Part shown: piece after piece, positions 1-13,272 of the stretch | How positions within the stretch are numbered: position 1 is the stretch's first letter | Layout: the number at the start of each line of letters is the position of its first letter | From: Octopus sinensis | Taxonomy: Eukaryota | NCBI RefSeq assembly: GCF_006345805.1 | Contig: NW_021835201.1 | Location: forward strand, 1 to 45,487 | Reading direction: 5' to 3' | DNA: 45,487 nucleotides | Position numbers and translations under genes: made by a program | Notes under the pieces: generated by a model | Told to the model about the DNA's origin: nothing | The model's database searches: none | Seen by the model: only the letters and a program-made list of their open reading frames with translations

Positions 1-237
1 GCAACAACATCAACAACATTAAGTGAAGGATTGAAGGAATTGGAACAGCAAGGGACTGAGCACTCTTCCTAACGGAGTTCCGCCTGTTTGCCTTATGAAT
101 CCAAACAGCAACAGGCTTGATTTTTCCATTCCTATGCTGGATGAATGAAACAAAATAGAAAGCAAACAAAATAAAAGAAAGCAAAACAAAATAAAACAAC
201 AAAAATATACCTCTATGCGTTTCAACAGCAGTATCAG

Positions 238-430
238 CCATTCAAGAATTTGGACCTGGAGATCTCCATTTCCAGCGACTTCGAGGGCCACCTCCCAGTG
301 GTGTCGGGCGTCAACGAAGAGCCCTCGACTATAAGACGACCAAAGTTTTTTTTTCCAAGGTCTGGGGGTCTCCCACCCCTAAGCCCTAGACCATCACCTA
401 ATCACCCTTACCCATCTTGTTGCTTAACAA
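238..430 (+). mobile_element. Short 5'-truncated retroposon insertion (193 bp) with 15-bp target-site duplication
   Basis: CAACAGCAGTATCAG occurs exactly at 223-237 and 431-445, flanking a GC-richer 193-bp segment that ends in an AAC-type tail. Family not identified; strand inferred from the tail. Confidence 0.65.
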
Positions 431-1752
431 CAACAGCAGTATCAGTTTTACTGTATTTTATAGTAAACTGTAAATTGTAAACAATTCTTAGGATTAGTGT
501 AAAGGTCAGGATGACCAAATCCTAAAAGCCCATACCTAGTTCTGACTGATGATAGCTTTAACCAAATGTATTCAAGTCACGACCACTTCTTCCCTTTCAA
601 AGATACAATGCACTTAGGTTTGCTTGTTCAGGGTCGACCAGAAGTTTACCATCAACAGCCCATCGATTTGTAGGTTTTGTGCTTAAATGACCCAAATGTC
701 ATCGCCTATGTATTCTGTCTCCATGAAAGACGTTTATTTCTCTTTCTCATAAACCAATTAAATATTGATAATGTTTCACTGAAGAGGTCACAATAATCCG
801 AAACATAGTTATCATCAGAATTACCGAAGATCGGACTAAGTCTAAATTTCTATCTAATTGCTATTCAATTGGCATTTTGGGAGTTTTCTCCCTTGACACT
901 TTTCACAACAATTTTCATAAACACTAGTGAAAATTCTCATTACGGTGATAATTTTCATTTAATTAAAAATTATTTGGTTCAGCACATCATGTAAGGTAAC
1001 CCATATGCATCTACGTGCAAATTTAGATGGATTACGTGAATAAGAATGTTAGCTTCTTCACTCGTCGCGGCAATTGAACAAATCGAGTTCTTGAGACCTC
1101 CCAGAACATTTTATCTGGTCATAAGTCTTAAGAGTCACTATAGACTCTTTAATGACAACGATTATTCTTATCTCTCCACCACATCTCTTTCTGTTTCTCT
1201 TTCTCTCTCTCTCTCTCTCTACATCTACAATAGAATGAATAAATTAATAAATTTAACGCAAGAAATAATCTCTCTCCAGTTTCGTTTTTACAACCGTCAC
1301 TACTCTCTCTCCCATCCCTTCCTCTCTCTCTTTCCCTCTCATTTCTCCCTCTCTCCCTCCCCTCCCACCTTCACCTCTCTCTCTCCCTCACTCTCCCTCT
1401 CTCCCTCTCTGTCTCTCCCACTCATCTTCGTTACACATTTAGTATGTATGAGGTTCTGAAGTGCAGGAAAAAAAAAGAAGAAAGAGACGAGATAAAATAC
1501 GTTAGTAATTAATAAGCAGGCTTCTTCATTAATAACGATATGTCCTGAATTAATGACTCTGCAATCCCATAATGAGTGAAACTAAGTTCGTTGATTATAT
1601 TTGTGTTTTCTTGAACATTTTCACACATGACACATCTGGAGAATGAATACTTGCACTTAATGCATATTGGCATACAAAACACCACATCTTGGACATCGTA
1701 TATGATAACATGAACGGCTGATAAGCAAGGACTGGCGAATGACTTAGCTTAG

Positions 1753-1823
1753 ACTGGAGTCGATGTCATTGACTGACCCCTCCCCAAAAAATTTCGAGCC
1801 CTGTGCCTAGAGTAGAAAAGAAT
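1753..1823 (+). mobile_element. SINE family A, 3' tail fragment
   Basis: Matches the tail of other family A copies in this window (GTCGAT..GACTG.CCCCTCCCC.AAATTTCG.GCC.TGTGCCTAGAGTAGAAAAGAAT; compare 6520-6582 and 35866-35952). Confidence 0.75.
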
Positions 1824-2244
1824 AAGTTATTTAATTGAAAACTGATAAACTTATGGCTGAAAACAGGGAAATGCCGTGTCTTTCACTCCAAAATTTAAAT
1901 ATAGACGGTGTCTTAAATTTCAACAACTGAGTTGTCACATTCAGTTGTAAACACTTCTAATAGAGCTTTTATTTTTGCAGGATTTTTATTTTAATTAAAT
2001 TAATCTATCATATCAGTTGATAGAAATAAAAAATATCTTAACACACGCGTATTCACATACACACACATTTATACTCACCCGCATATTAATGCATTTGTTC
2101 GCGCGTGGATGTACGTGAGTATTTGAATGTGTATGACAAATACAAGCATAGTCACGTACACAGATTCCTTTACACAGCACATGTGTACACACACAAATCT
2201 ATCTATTTGTCTCTCTATCTATTTCTCCCTCTCTCTCTCTCTTC

Positions 2245-2298
<54 letters not shown>

Positions 2299-3066
2299 TT
2301 GTTTGTGTGTGTGTGTACACACATGCATATTTATATGTATACTTACATTGGTAAACAAGCGCATACACACATACACACCTATGGATCAAATTCTTTGAAA
2401 TGTTTTCTCTGGTCTGCTGTCAGCGAGGCAGACGTGACAAAATTCTGCGAGACGCTGAAGAGATTGAATAATTCGAGAACACAAAAGGCCTCTAAAATGC
2501 ACTTAGTTGACACGGAGATATTCTTCACACATCTGTGAAATGGTGTATGTGTGACTTGACAGTGGTGGTAAGGCAGCTGATGATGTACAACCTTTTGATG
2601 TGATTCATACACTCACAACCACATATATACGTACATATACAAACTACGGCATAGTAATATTTAAAGCACAAAAAAGGCTCTAGCGGTATATAGATACGCC
2701 TCTCCTATGTATGTACTGATTTCGAATACAGTTACGGTTCATTTTTGCCTTTCACAGTTCCAGAATCAGTCAAATAAGTACTAATAAAGTTACTTAGAAC
2801 GCTATACTCTAGTACACACCTCTCTAAAAATATGACAACGTGTCCTTACTTAGAAATCGCTGCGAATAGATGTTCTTTTAATTTCGACCGTATCAAAATA
2901 TTGGATAAATGTATGAGATATTGTCGACAAAAGAGATTCTATGATTAATGAATAACTAGTTTTTTGTTGTTTTTGCTATTATTATTTAACCCAATGACAA
3001 CGGGTTTTTTTTTCTATCAAGCAACTAGGTTCCATTGACGGTAATCATCTTGGTTGAGATCAGCAA

Positions 3067-5109
3067 TTAACGCACGACAATGGTTCGGCGTATATTTACA
3101 TCAACCGTTTTAACCAGTTTACGGCGGTGATTCACTCGGTTGCTTGCGCCGGCAACGGTAATCGCAGCGATTGACGTCAGCACACAGTGCAAGATAACGT
3201 TCGGCGTATATTCATGTCAACCGCTTTGGTGCAGGTACAGTTTATTTACCCACATCTCTGTGCAGGACGCTCATGCGGTATTATTCCTGAATAAGATCAC
3301 TCGACTGCACAAGTCAGATCAACTTCATCTATTTTCAATCACGGGAATACGAAAACTGACTTTAATGTGGTAGAGTTCAAAACAGGGTGCCACAAACAGT
3401 GGAATATCACACTGTGAACAATGGTATCTAGTTTCCTTACGTTTCCCTTTCGCTTTACATACTGTGCATCTCTTGGAAGCATCTGTCTTCTTGGCGGTGG
3501 GGCCAAACAGTCGTGGGAAATGTCCACGCCCCTGCACTATGCGGTCAGGAGAGAGACCGTCGTGGGGACGTCCATGCGATCTGTACTTTGGTGTCTATCA
3601 TTTCATAACAGATTATTGAATGTCAATCCATCTCTCACACCGCCAAGCATCTACCAAATAAAATGTGAGTTCACGACACACGTCTCCACTACATGCAAGA
3701 AAAGTTTTTGCATCATTTCACAAATTTTCCCACCGATTTGTGTGTCGTCGCCAGCTGATCTGAGCAATCGACTCCGCTTAACCCTTCATAGTATGAAACA
3801 ACTACACTCAGTTTCATTATGGCATTACCATCCGCATCTTGTTTCCTAGTGTCCTTCATGCTTGCAGAGTGCATTGTGGATAACATGCAGACATTTTTCT
3901 TGTTACGCCAAACTATCGGCGCATCGGTACGCTGTTTCCCCACTTCGAAGTTTTATCTTGTGAAGATCGAGCAGCATGCTTTTCTTGGGCATCCTCACAG
4001 TCCCACAGGCATCAGTCCTTCTCGCCGGAAGCTTCAGGAAGAGGTCTGGACTTTGTCAAACAAGTCTTCATTCAGCGACAAACAACACGACATCAGAGTA
4101 GACGCTGGAAAATCCAATCTGTCCTGACCAGTGTAGGTTTTGTAATTCCACGTGTACTCACAGGCTCTGCCACTTGAATACTTTATAAACCTTGACTCCA
4201 AAGCGGGCACGTTTGGTCGGGTTGTATTATTTGAATCGGAGCCTTTCTTTGAATATACACAAACTTTCGTCCTGACATACATCATTCTGAAATTTTCAGC
4301 CACTTCGTCAACGATAGCACGTATTTTGTGCAGCCTGCCATCATGGGTCTTCGCCTGAGTTGAAATGTAGATTTCGAAGAAGTGCCAAAATCCATCGTTT
4401 TCGAAAAGAAAGGCGTCGACGTGGCTGGATCCCGATTCCAATATGTTTGCCAGGGTCGGTTTCTTCACGATACACATCAGTATCAGCAGGGCAAGCAGAA
4501 CTTTGATTTTGTCCCTTGTGTTTGGAAACCAATCACTGCCATGCCCGAGTCTGACATGCTGGGGACAGTTTTTCAACATAGTCATTCGTTTTGTCTGCTC
4601 AATGTTGGAACATTTCATCTGCCAAAAACTCGTGAAAGATTTCCAGTGGCGAACGTCCATGTTCAAGGTGTGCCTTTATGCTAGGCGTACCAGTAAACCC
4701 ATGACGTTGGACGAAATTATCTCTCGCTCGCCACACGACATTCTGTTGTCCATGGCCATCATTCATTGCTGCTTGCTGGTACCTTTGTTTCATCGGAATA
4801 TCATCATCGCTATTGGAATCATCTGATTCTGAACTAAGAAAATACTCACTCTCTGAGTCAACGTCCTAACAACTGGTGAGGTGGTGGAGCTTGGTGTAGC
4901 TTGGCGCGACGACCGTAAAATCAACGAAACAGGACGCGAGTGGACGTTAACAGAGCCGGAGTGGCAAGACTAGCCTATCGTGTTGTAAATATTTACATGA
5001 GGCATCTCAGGCGACAGGTTCTAACTCAGGCGGCGTATAATTACGTCGACCGATTTAAAGCATGTGCATTGCGTACGTAAATTTACATCAAGCGTTTTAA
5101 AAGGGTTAA
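3067..5109 (-). mobile_element. Decayed piggyBac-superfamily DNA transposon
   Basis: Right end GGG|TTAA at 5103-5109. Left end most likely TTAA at 3067-3070, which has the same 15-nt spacing to the subterminal motif as the right end; an alternative TTAA|CCC lies at 2986-2992. Internal transposase remnants are on the minus strand. Confidence 0.9.
3325..4800 (-). pseudogene. piggyBac (PGBD4-like) transposase pseudogene, multiply frameshifted
   Basis: Collinear fragments: SPLEIFHEFLADEMF, LALLILMCIVKKP, RLHKIRAIVDEVAENF, EYTWNYKTYTG, WRNKKNVCMLSTMH, GVDCSDQL (GGVDxxDQ catalytic region) and a C-terminal Cys-rich domain KRCTVCKAKGKRKETRYHCSQCDIPLFVAPCFELYH. Confidence 0.93.
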
Positions 5110-5829
5110 ACTTTCGTCCATGTTGATTGAACATGTCAGATCTATGACTAAAGGTATACCAACTGTAACTACCCCTTATTTTGTCAGAAGATTATGTTTT
5201 CTAGGCTTACATTATCCAAAGATTCTCTTTCTTTTTTAAGATGCTGATGGTAACTTGCCCGCTATTTCTAGTTGGCCGAATAACTACCTAGATATTCATT
5301 GTTCTTTGATACTCGTCTGATTTATGTACTTTGCTATTTAGCCCCTAGTTAGTTGACCTATGATCAAAGACATTCCAACCATGACTATCCTGACTACTTA
5401 TTAATTTCCATGAAATGTACAGGCACGATCGAAATATTTAAGAAGCAGACGTTTATCGGACTGTAATAGATAACGGAAGTGTACACGTTATTTCTTTCTT
5501 CGATCCTAAGTTATTCAAAAATGCAAAATCAAACAAAGAATATTTGTATAAATAAGAATATTAAATAATACAGTAAAACCTTTATTGTCATGTTGTACAC
5601 TCTTCAACAACTTCAAGTTGCATAACACAGGATATCCTACAGTACAAGCAACAACATCGTATTTGTTTCTCTTCTTCACCTTTAGACAAAGAACAACGAC
5701 GGAAAAGTTAACTACCTCACTCCTTACAGCTATCGAACTAATCAAGCTCTTCTGCAAACTCTCCTACTGACAAATTATTGTCAACAGACCATCACCAATT
5801 TCGCTATATTTCCGTCTTTATTTTTTTAA

Positions 5830-6582
5830 GGCGGCGACCTGGCAGAAAGGTTAGCACACCTGGCGAAATGCTTAACGGTATTTCGTCTGCCTTTACGTTA
5901 TGATTTCAAATTCCGCCGAGGTCAACTTTGGCTTTCATCCTTTCGGGGTCGATAAATTAAGTACCAGTTTCGCACTGGGGGCGATGTAATCGACTTAATT
6001 CGTTTGTCTGTCCTTGTTTATCCTCTCTGTGGGTAGTAAAGAAATAGGCATTTCGTCTGCCGTTACGTTCTAAGTTCAAATTCCGCCGAGGTCGACGTTG
6101 CCTTTCATCCTTTCGGGATCGATAAATTAAGTATCAGTTTCGCACTGGGGTCGATGTAATCGACTTAATCCGTTTGTCTGTCCTTGTTTGTCCTCTCTGT
6201 GTTTAGCCCCTTGTGAGTATCAAAGAAATAGGTACTTCGTCTATCTTTACGTTCTGAGTTCATAATTCCGCCGAGGTCGACTTTGCCTTTCATCTTTTCG
6301 GGGTCGATAAATGAAGTACCAGTTTCGCACTGGGGTCGATGTAATCGACTTAATCCGTTTGTCTGTCCTTGTTTGTCCTCTCTGTGTTTAGCCCCTTGTG
6401 GGTATCAAAGAAATAGGTACTTCGTCTATCTTTACGTTCTGAGTTCATAATTCCGCCGAGGTCGACTTTGCCATTCATCTTTCCGGGGTCGATAAATTGA
6501 ATACAAGTTGCGTACTGGGGTTAATCTAATCGACTGGCCCCCTCCCTCAAAATTTCGGGCCTTGTGCCTAGAGTAGAAAATA
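5830..6582 (+). mobile_element. SINE family A multimer: one tRNA-derived head plus four tandem body units
   Basis: Head GGCGGCGACCTGGCAGAAAGGTTAGC. Units start near 5881, 6051, 6235 and 6420 (periods 170, 184, 185 bp), each with a B-box-like GTTCAAATTCCGCCGAGGTC segment. Confidence 0.9.
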
Positions 6583-6879
6583 TTTCTGTTTTTTTTAACA
6601 TTTTTGTTTCTAAAATATGTTTAGCTCGGATAATGAAATACTAGAGAACCACGGGCCGATACATTGTCAAAATATCAATCAGCTGATAAGAGGAGAGCGA
6701 AAGTATGAAGCCGAGTGTCGTCATCTGTGCAACTCTCTGTTCAAGGACGTATACCCTAACGTACGATATCCTCAAATATCTAACCGTAACAATTATTGAT
6801 AAATGCATAATCACCAATGTTGGAAATAATATGACAGTATAAAGTGTAAATGTTTCACAATCTTGTAATATTGATTTCA

Positions 6880-7625
6880 AATTCATAAATGTGGGGAAAA
6901 AGTAATAATTTGTGTGCCGATATACCAAGACTGAAGCCGAACTACAAGAAATGATAGACTAAGTCGAGAAGGCATCAAATAAGTATGGTCTTAATTTTAA
7001 CCATAAGAAAACAAAAGCCATGATAGTAGGAAAAAAGTAAATGTTATCACCAAACTGGACAGTGAGAAACTCGAGCAGGTTCAATTGTATATATATCTTT
7101 GAGCCTAAGTCTCTGATGAAGCCATATGTAAGAAAGAAATTAGGACACGGATAGCCTTGGCAAGAACTTCCATGGTAAAGCTTAGTTAACTTTTGAATCA
7201 CCAAAAAAGTCCCAAGTTAAAACAAGGCTAATGCAAACACCTATTTAACCAATAGGCATTTATTTTGGCTGCTAAGCTCGGACCCTAAACAAATTTGACC
7301 AGCATATAATTAATGCATTTTAAACGTGAGTGCATAGGAGAATGTTACGAGTCTCTTTTAAAAGACATCGGGCAAATGAATGTGTGTTACGAGTAGATGA
7401 AAAACGACAATTCCTAAACATTGTGGAAAAAGAAAAGCTCATCTATTATGGCCGTATTCGAAGAACCAGAGGTCTGGAAAACATTATCATAGAAGGGTGT
7501 GTAGAGAGTAGTTGACCAAGAAGCAGGCAAAGAATGCAATGGAGGACAATGTTGCGTGGTGGCTGGAAAAACATGACAAGGCAGCTGGATAACTGGCACT
7601 TAATCGGGAAAACGTTCATTGCAGT
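6880..7625 (+). pseudogene. RTE-clade LINE reverse transcriptase C-terminal remnant
   Basis: Manual translation across stops and frameshifts gives ELQEMID.VEKASNKYGLNFNHKKTKAMIVG, KEIRTRIALARTSM, HRRMLRVSF..HRANECVL, KLIYYGRIRR and IIIEGCVE...RQRMQW. This is the characteristic RTE/BovB-type C-terminus. Confidence 0.85.
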
Positions 7626-7894
7626 GTCATCAATGCGCTGCAGATACATCACGACCGTGTTATGCCTACGGGTTGATCAAACGCGTAATGGTGTGTAAAT
7701 TAGGATACGCTCCACCATGTGAAGAAGCACGGAAGACGTAATCCAAATGTAAATGAGACACACAAATGATTATATTGATTGTTGTAATCAATCACTGTTT
7801 TCATATTAAGTTCCACCGAGATGTTTCACTCCAAATTTCTGTTCTCCCACCAACAAAATTACGTAGGCCATTTCACTAGAAATAGATGAATATA

Positions 7895-8535
<641 letters not shown>

Positions 8536-8758
8536 GCATTATTTTTTAAAATTCATCTTCCATTTCTAACACGCAATGTTTTGCAAAAATATTTGTCAAT
8601 TATTTAATCTCATATACAAACTCTGAGAATGCAAATAAATTTAACTACTACAGCTATGTTCTAGTTTGAGCTTGATTTAAATAAAAATTGCTATGAATTC
8701 TCTTTGTGGGCAGAAGGAGAAAGAAAAGAGGACTTCTCTTCCTTTACTTTACTTTTTT

Positions 8759-8791
8759 CTGATGAAGGACTAATGTCCGAAACATTAGGTC
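8759..8791 (+). ncRNA. Hammerhead-ribozyme-like core (PLE-type), stem I not supported
   Basis: CTGATGA-A-GGAC/TAAT/GTCC-GAAAC-ATTAG-GTC: intact core, perfect 4-bp stem II and GUC triplet, but the flanks give only 1 bp of stem I. Confidence 0.5.
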
Positions 8792-8897
8792 ACTTTTTTC
8801 GTTGAAGCATTACACTAATATCACGTTTTCAAACTTTGTCCTAACTGCGTCGTTCCTTTAAGTTTATTCTGTCTTTGCATTACATATATAGATAGGA

Positions 8898-9218
8898 GTA
8901 CTCAGTCGGTTGCGATGATGAAGGTCCCAGCTGATACGATCAACGGAATAGTATGCTCGTGAAATTAACGTGCAAGTGGCTGAGCTGTCCACAGGCATGT
9001 GTACCCCTAACGTAGTTCTCAGGGTGATTCAGCGTGACACAGAGTGTGACAAAGCTGGCCCTTTGAAATACAGGTACAACTCATTTTAGCCAGCTGAGTG
9101 GACTGGAGCAACGTGAAATAAAGTGTGTTGCTCAAGGACACAACGCCTCGCCGGGAATTGAACTCACGACCTTACAATCGTGAGTCGAATGCCCTAAACA
9201 CTAAGCCACGCGCCTTCA
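8898..9218 (-). mobile_element. SINE family B (tRNA head plus CORE-like domain), near full length
   Basis: The reverse complement reads GGCGCGTGGCTTAGTG..GAGTTCAATTCCC..TGTGTCCTTGAGCAACACACTTTATTTCACGTTGCTCCAGTCCACTCAGCTGG, matching the copy at 19720-20035. Confidence 0.9.
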
Positions 9219-9365
9219 CACGTGTGTAAATATATACATAGATACAGACATACAGATAGAAGCACACACATATGCATACACATGTATATACATACACACA
9301 CATATACACACACTCATACACACAGACATATATACATATATATAATATATATTATATATATATTA

Positions 9366-9407
<42 letters not shown>

Positions 9408-10223
9408 ATATATATATATAGACATACACATTAAGCACAAGGCCAGCATTATGGGTGAATATTGTCAATTTTTTTGACACCATTAATTGAAGGTTACTTT
9501 ACTTTATCCATCCCAGAGGACTTAAAAGTCAAATTATACTTTTCTTAGGTCATTATATCTGATAACTATACAGTAATATAGAAATAATACACAAATGCAG
9601 AAACACATGCACGCACACATACACACACACATGCACACACATACACGTTAATAGAAATTTAAGTCGAATGGCGCCAAAAGAATTGAAAATCGTGTATTTC
9701 GTACTATTAGCGCCCTCTTAAATTTGATACTAACTAATGCAGCATTATTAAACTCACAATTTGTCCTCTGTGTGTGTATGTGTGTGTGTGTGTGTAAACA
9801 CCCCGAATCCTTATATATATAAATATATATATTTACATGTATATGTATGTTTATATACATACACAAACACACAAACACACAAACACACACACATCTATAT
9901 ATATATATAAAAATATGTACGTGTGTATGTATGTGTACGCAAACATTCTATATAAGCTCTCTTATGTCTGAGAATGCATGTATTAGCTAATAGCATGTTG
10001 TTGAAAGAGAAGAATACAAATATAAAAGCGAGCAGATCATATACCAAGTGAGTGTCAGAAAGGTATAAAATACACAGAAGATAAATTATACAATGAAGAT
10101 TTACGATAATTTAATAACCTCGATGACTGGCATAAAATAACACACCACTGGAAGTAAACACTTAATATGCAAACAGTGTTAATAGAAAGATTGAATTCAT
10201 ACATACAATTATGGATACATGAA

Positions 10224-10277
<54 letters not shown>

Positions 10278-11334
10278 CTTTCACAAATCCCTGGAAGTAT
10301 GTTGACTTAAATAACAATGCTTTGACAATGGCTTTGTGACGATCATGAATTCTGCGGAAGAAGAACTTAGGTAAATCCCATAGAAAACCATACATAGATA
10401 TAGAGCTGAAATCATTCATATATAGACCAGTGCAAATGAAGTGCAGGAAAAAGATATGAAATATTTAATAAATGATAGACGTTGAGTTCATAATCCATCA
10501 ATGTATGTCGGAATATAAAGACTGTATCATGACTCTCTGGAAGATATGCTTGAGATCAGAAAATCCTGTGAAAATCACTATGGTACTCTCTTCCAATGCA
10601 ACTTATTGTTGTTGCGAAAATAGCATTGAAACATAAAAAAAAAAACCCAACTTTTTTTGAAACCGAACAATGCTCAATAAAATACAATGTAAAGTGCAAA
10701 AGTGAAAACAGAACAACAGTTGAAATTTTAACTTGTAGTTCGATATTTTCTCAGGATACGTGGAGAAGTAAGAGACAGAATTTCGTTACTCGGATATGTG
10801 GAAGGGGTCAATAACATACGGAGACTAGTTTTGTTACAATAGCCAGCCTCCTTCGTGATAAAAGTTCTTTGCTGTTTCAGCTTGTTAATAAAGTAAGGGA
10901 GATATATTACTAAGCTGAGGTTAGCTCTAAACAACAGTGAAGAGCTACATGAAGAAGACTGACGCGTGTCACTGTGCTGTTCGATACATCTGAGTAGCGA
11001 TTTATTTCCATCTCCTGAAGAAGGATTCATTACTCTCGAGATATAGAAATACTATTGTTCTATGTTCACTTTTGTAGTTCACTTAGTATTTCATGTTATA
11101 TTATTTCGACCTTATCAAAAAAAAGAAGGTTTTTTTATGTAAGTATAGTAGTACACAATTTGATTCATAGGAAACACCACCCTGGAATAAATATAAAAAA
11201 AATATTTCTCTTGTTAAGTACGTCCATACATACGTTTCAGTGCAAAGAATATTGGTTAGAACAGGCCCAACAAAACTTTCGCCAAAGTTTAACAAAATAT
11301 GTTTGCTATAGTTTGCAAATTAAAGAAAAATTAT

Positions 11335-11733
11335 GTACGAGTGGCTGTGTGGTAGTAGCTTGCTAACCAACCACATGGTTCCGGGTTCAGTCCCACTGCG
11401 TGGCATCTTGGGCAAGTGTCTACTGCTATAGTCCCGGGCCGACCAATGCCTTGTGAGTGGACTTGGTAGACGGAAACTGAAAGAAGCCTGTCGTATATAT
11501 GTATATATATATAAGTGTGTGTGTATATGTTTGTGTGTCTGTGTTTGTCCCCCTAGCATTGCTTGACAACCGATGCTGGTGTGTTTACGTCCCCGTCACT
11601 TAGTGGTTCGGCAAAAGAGACCGATAAAATAAGTACTGGGCTTACAAAGAATAAGTCCCGGGGTCGATTTGCTCGACTAAAGGCGGTGCTCCAGCATGGC
11701 CGCAATCAGATGACTGAAACAAGTAAAAGAGTA
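11335..11733 (+). mobile_element. SINE family C, full length with internal (TA)/(TG) microsatellite
   Basis: A-box-like TGGCTGTGTGG, B-box-like GGTTCAGTCCC, CORE-like CTTGGGCAAGTGTC, tail GGCGGTGCTCCAGCATGGCCGCA..GAAACAAGTAAAAGA. Confidence 0.9.
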
Positions 11734-12151
11734 TGTTTGTAAAGAACGTCTGCTCAGCAGATATATATTTCGAATCACAGAGAAGGACAATATTTACGGA
11801 TAGTTGCTTCAACAGGTACATCTCTACAACCCTATTACAAAATCTCATTAATACGTATAACTGGTGCACCTGACTATATTATTTAATGTGTGAGTGACAA
11901 TGCTGAAATGTTAATATTTTCAAATTGTGACCAATGCGCAGTTTACGAATGTTACATGTAAGAGAAATAGTAAAAAGAATTAGCCAAAACTTGTTTGAAG
12001 TTTAATATATAAATTTTCCCCGTTAATGCTATCTACTTTTCAGCGGTAGAGATTTTTCTTTGTTAGTAACCGACTCCTTCTTCATAAACATACAAGTTGG
12101 TGTAGTGCTACGTGGATACATACATTCATTCAGGAATTTATAGATTAATAC

Positions 12152-12195
<44 letters not shown>

Positions 12196-12836
12196 GAGCG
12201 CTCGTATCGTTATTTTTATATCATGCGTGCGTATTAGTGTGTGTGTGCGCGGGTATACTAGCGCTAAATCGTTATCTGGTATCTTAAATATACACATACG
12301 CCATATACTCTGACTGGCGATATAAGATAGCAACTACCCATTACTATAATATAACTTGAACTTAATATTTGTTCATAAATTCCTTGAAATCCCTTCGTTA
12401 ACCACTTCTTCACACATCATTTTGAGCATTTCGCATCCAGCAATTACCATCTTTTCTGATTCATTTAAAAGTAGCTACTACTTCACTTTTCTTGATTAAA
12501 GTCCTCTTGTATTGATGAATCTTTGATTTCTTGCCCCTATGTGTTAGCTTTTCTGTCATTTTCTGCTCATTGATTTAAAGCTTCGTGTGTTATATTTGTC
12601 ATTCTTTTCCTGTTGTTGAAAAGTGAATAAAACTTGCTTGGCTGATTTAAGTTTGATATATGAATATTCAAAATGCAAGTTACGAATTTTCCCTTCTTCC
12701 TGATATATATATTGTGTTTTAACACAGCAAGCCCATGTGAGATGCTATCTCGGGACAAAAACTGCAGTAACTAGCCTATCAAGAGCGTACATACATTACA
12801 TATGATACATAAATTGCGATATACATATATGTATAG

Positions 12837-13135
12837 CCGAACGATAGACTTAGCTATATTAATGTAGGTTCCTGCCATCCCCCCATAGTATTTAAGAATT
12901 TAGTTAAAAACATTAGCAAGATAATTTCTAGCCTCTCCTCTGATATAAACATTTTTAATAGTGTTGCCCCAATATATAATAAAGCTCTAAAAGATAGTGG
13001 CTTTAGAGAGGAAATAACCTATACACCAGTTATTAGTCCAGTAACAAAGATAAGGAAAAATAGGAATAGGACAATTAAGTAAAGAAATAAGGAATAGGAC
13101 AATTATCTGGTTCACCCCACCTTACTCTCACCGAA
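12837..13135 (+). pseudogene. Penelope-like element (PLE) RT C-terminal remnant (no ATG, absent from the ORF track)
   Basis: Reading from 12837: PNDRLSYINVGSCHPPIVFKNLVKNISKIISSLSSDINIFNSVAPIYNKALKDSGFREEITY...KNRNRTI, then (after a small duplication) IWFTPPYS. This matches the PLE signature KPN..L.YI...S.HPP...I..R....S....F...A..Y..AL..SG and IIWFNPPYS. Confidence 0.85.
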
Positions 13136-13272
13136 GTGTGTGTGCGTACGTGTATGTGTGTGTGTATATGTGTTCATATGCAGATTCCATGAATGAAGTT
13201 TTTTTAACCACGCCTATTGGAGTAATTTCCCTTTATTCAACGTTTTTTTAAAAATTTTCATAGTGTTAGTTT

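Noticed and set aside
250-480. 76-aa ORF MDLEISISSDF...
   Set aside because: Crosses the boundary of a TSD-flanked insertion, starts at a non-ATG codon and has no recognisable homology.
489-524. Nested hairpin TAGGATT..GGTCA/GGA/TGACC..AATCCTA as a possible hammerhead or terminator
   Set aside because: No CUGANGA or GAAA core in the right positions; too short to call.
3421-4826. Plus-strand ORFs overlapping the piggyBac (3421-3849, 3819-4127, 4382-4684, 4443-4826)
   Set aside because: Antisense shadows of the minus-strand transposase; no independent coding signal.
5830-6582. Regularly spaced repeats resembling a CRISPR array or tRNA cluster
   Set aside because: The whole 170-185 bp unit is repeated (no unique spacers), the context is eukaryotic, and units match dispersed SINE copies.
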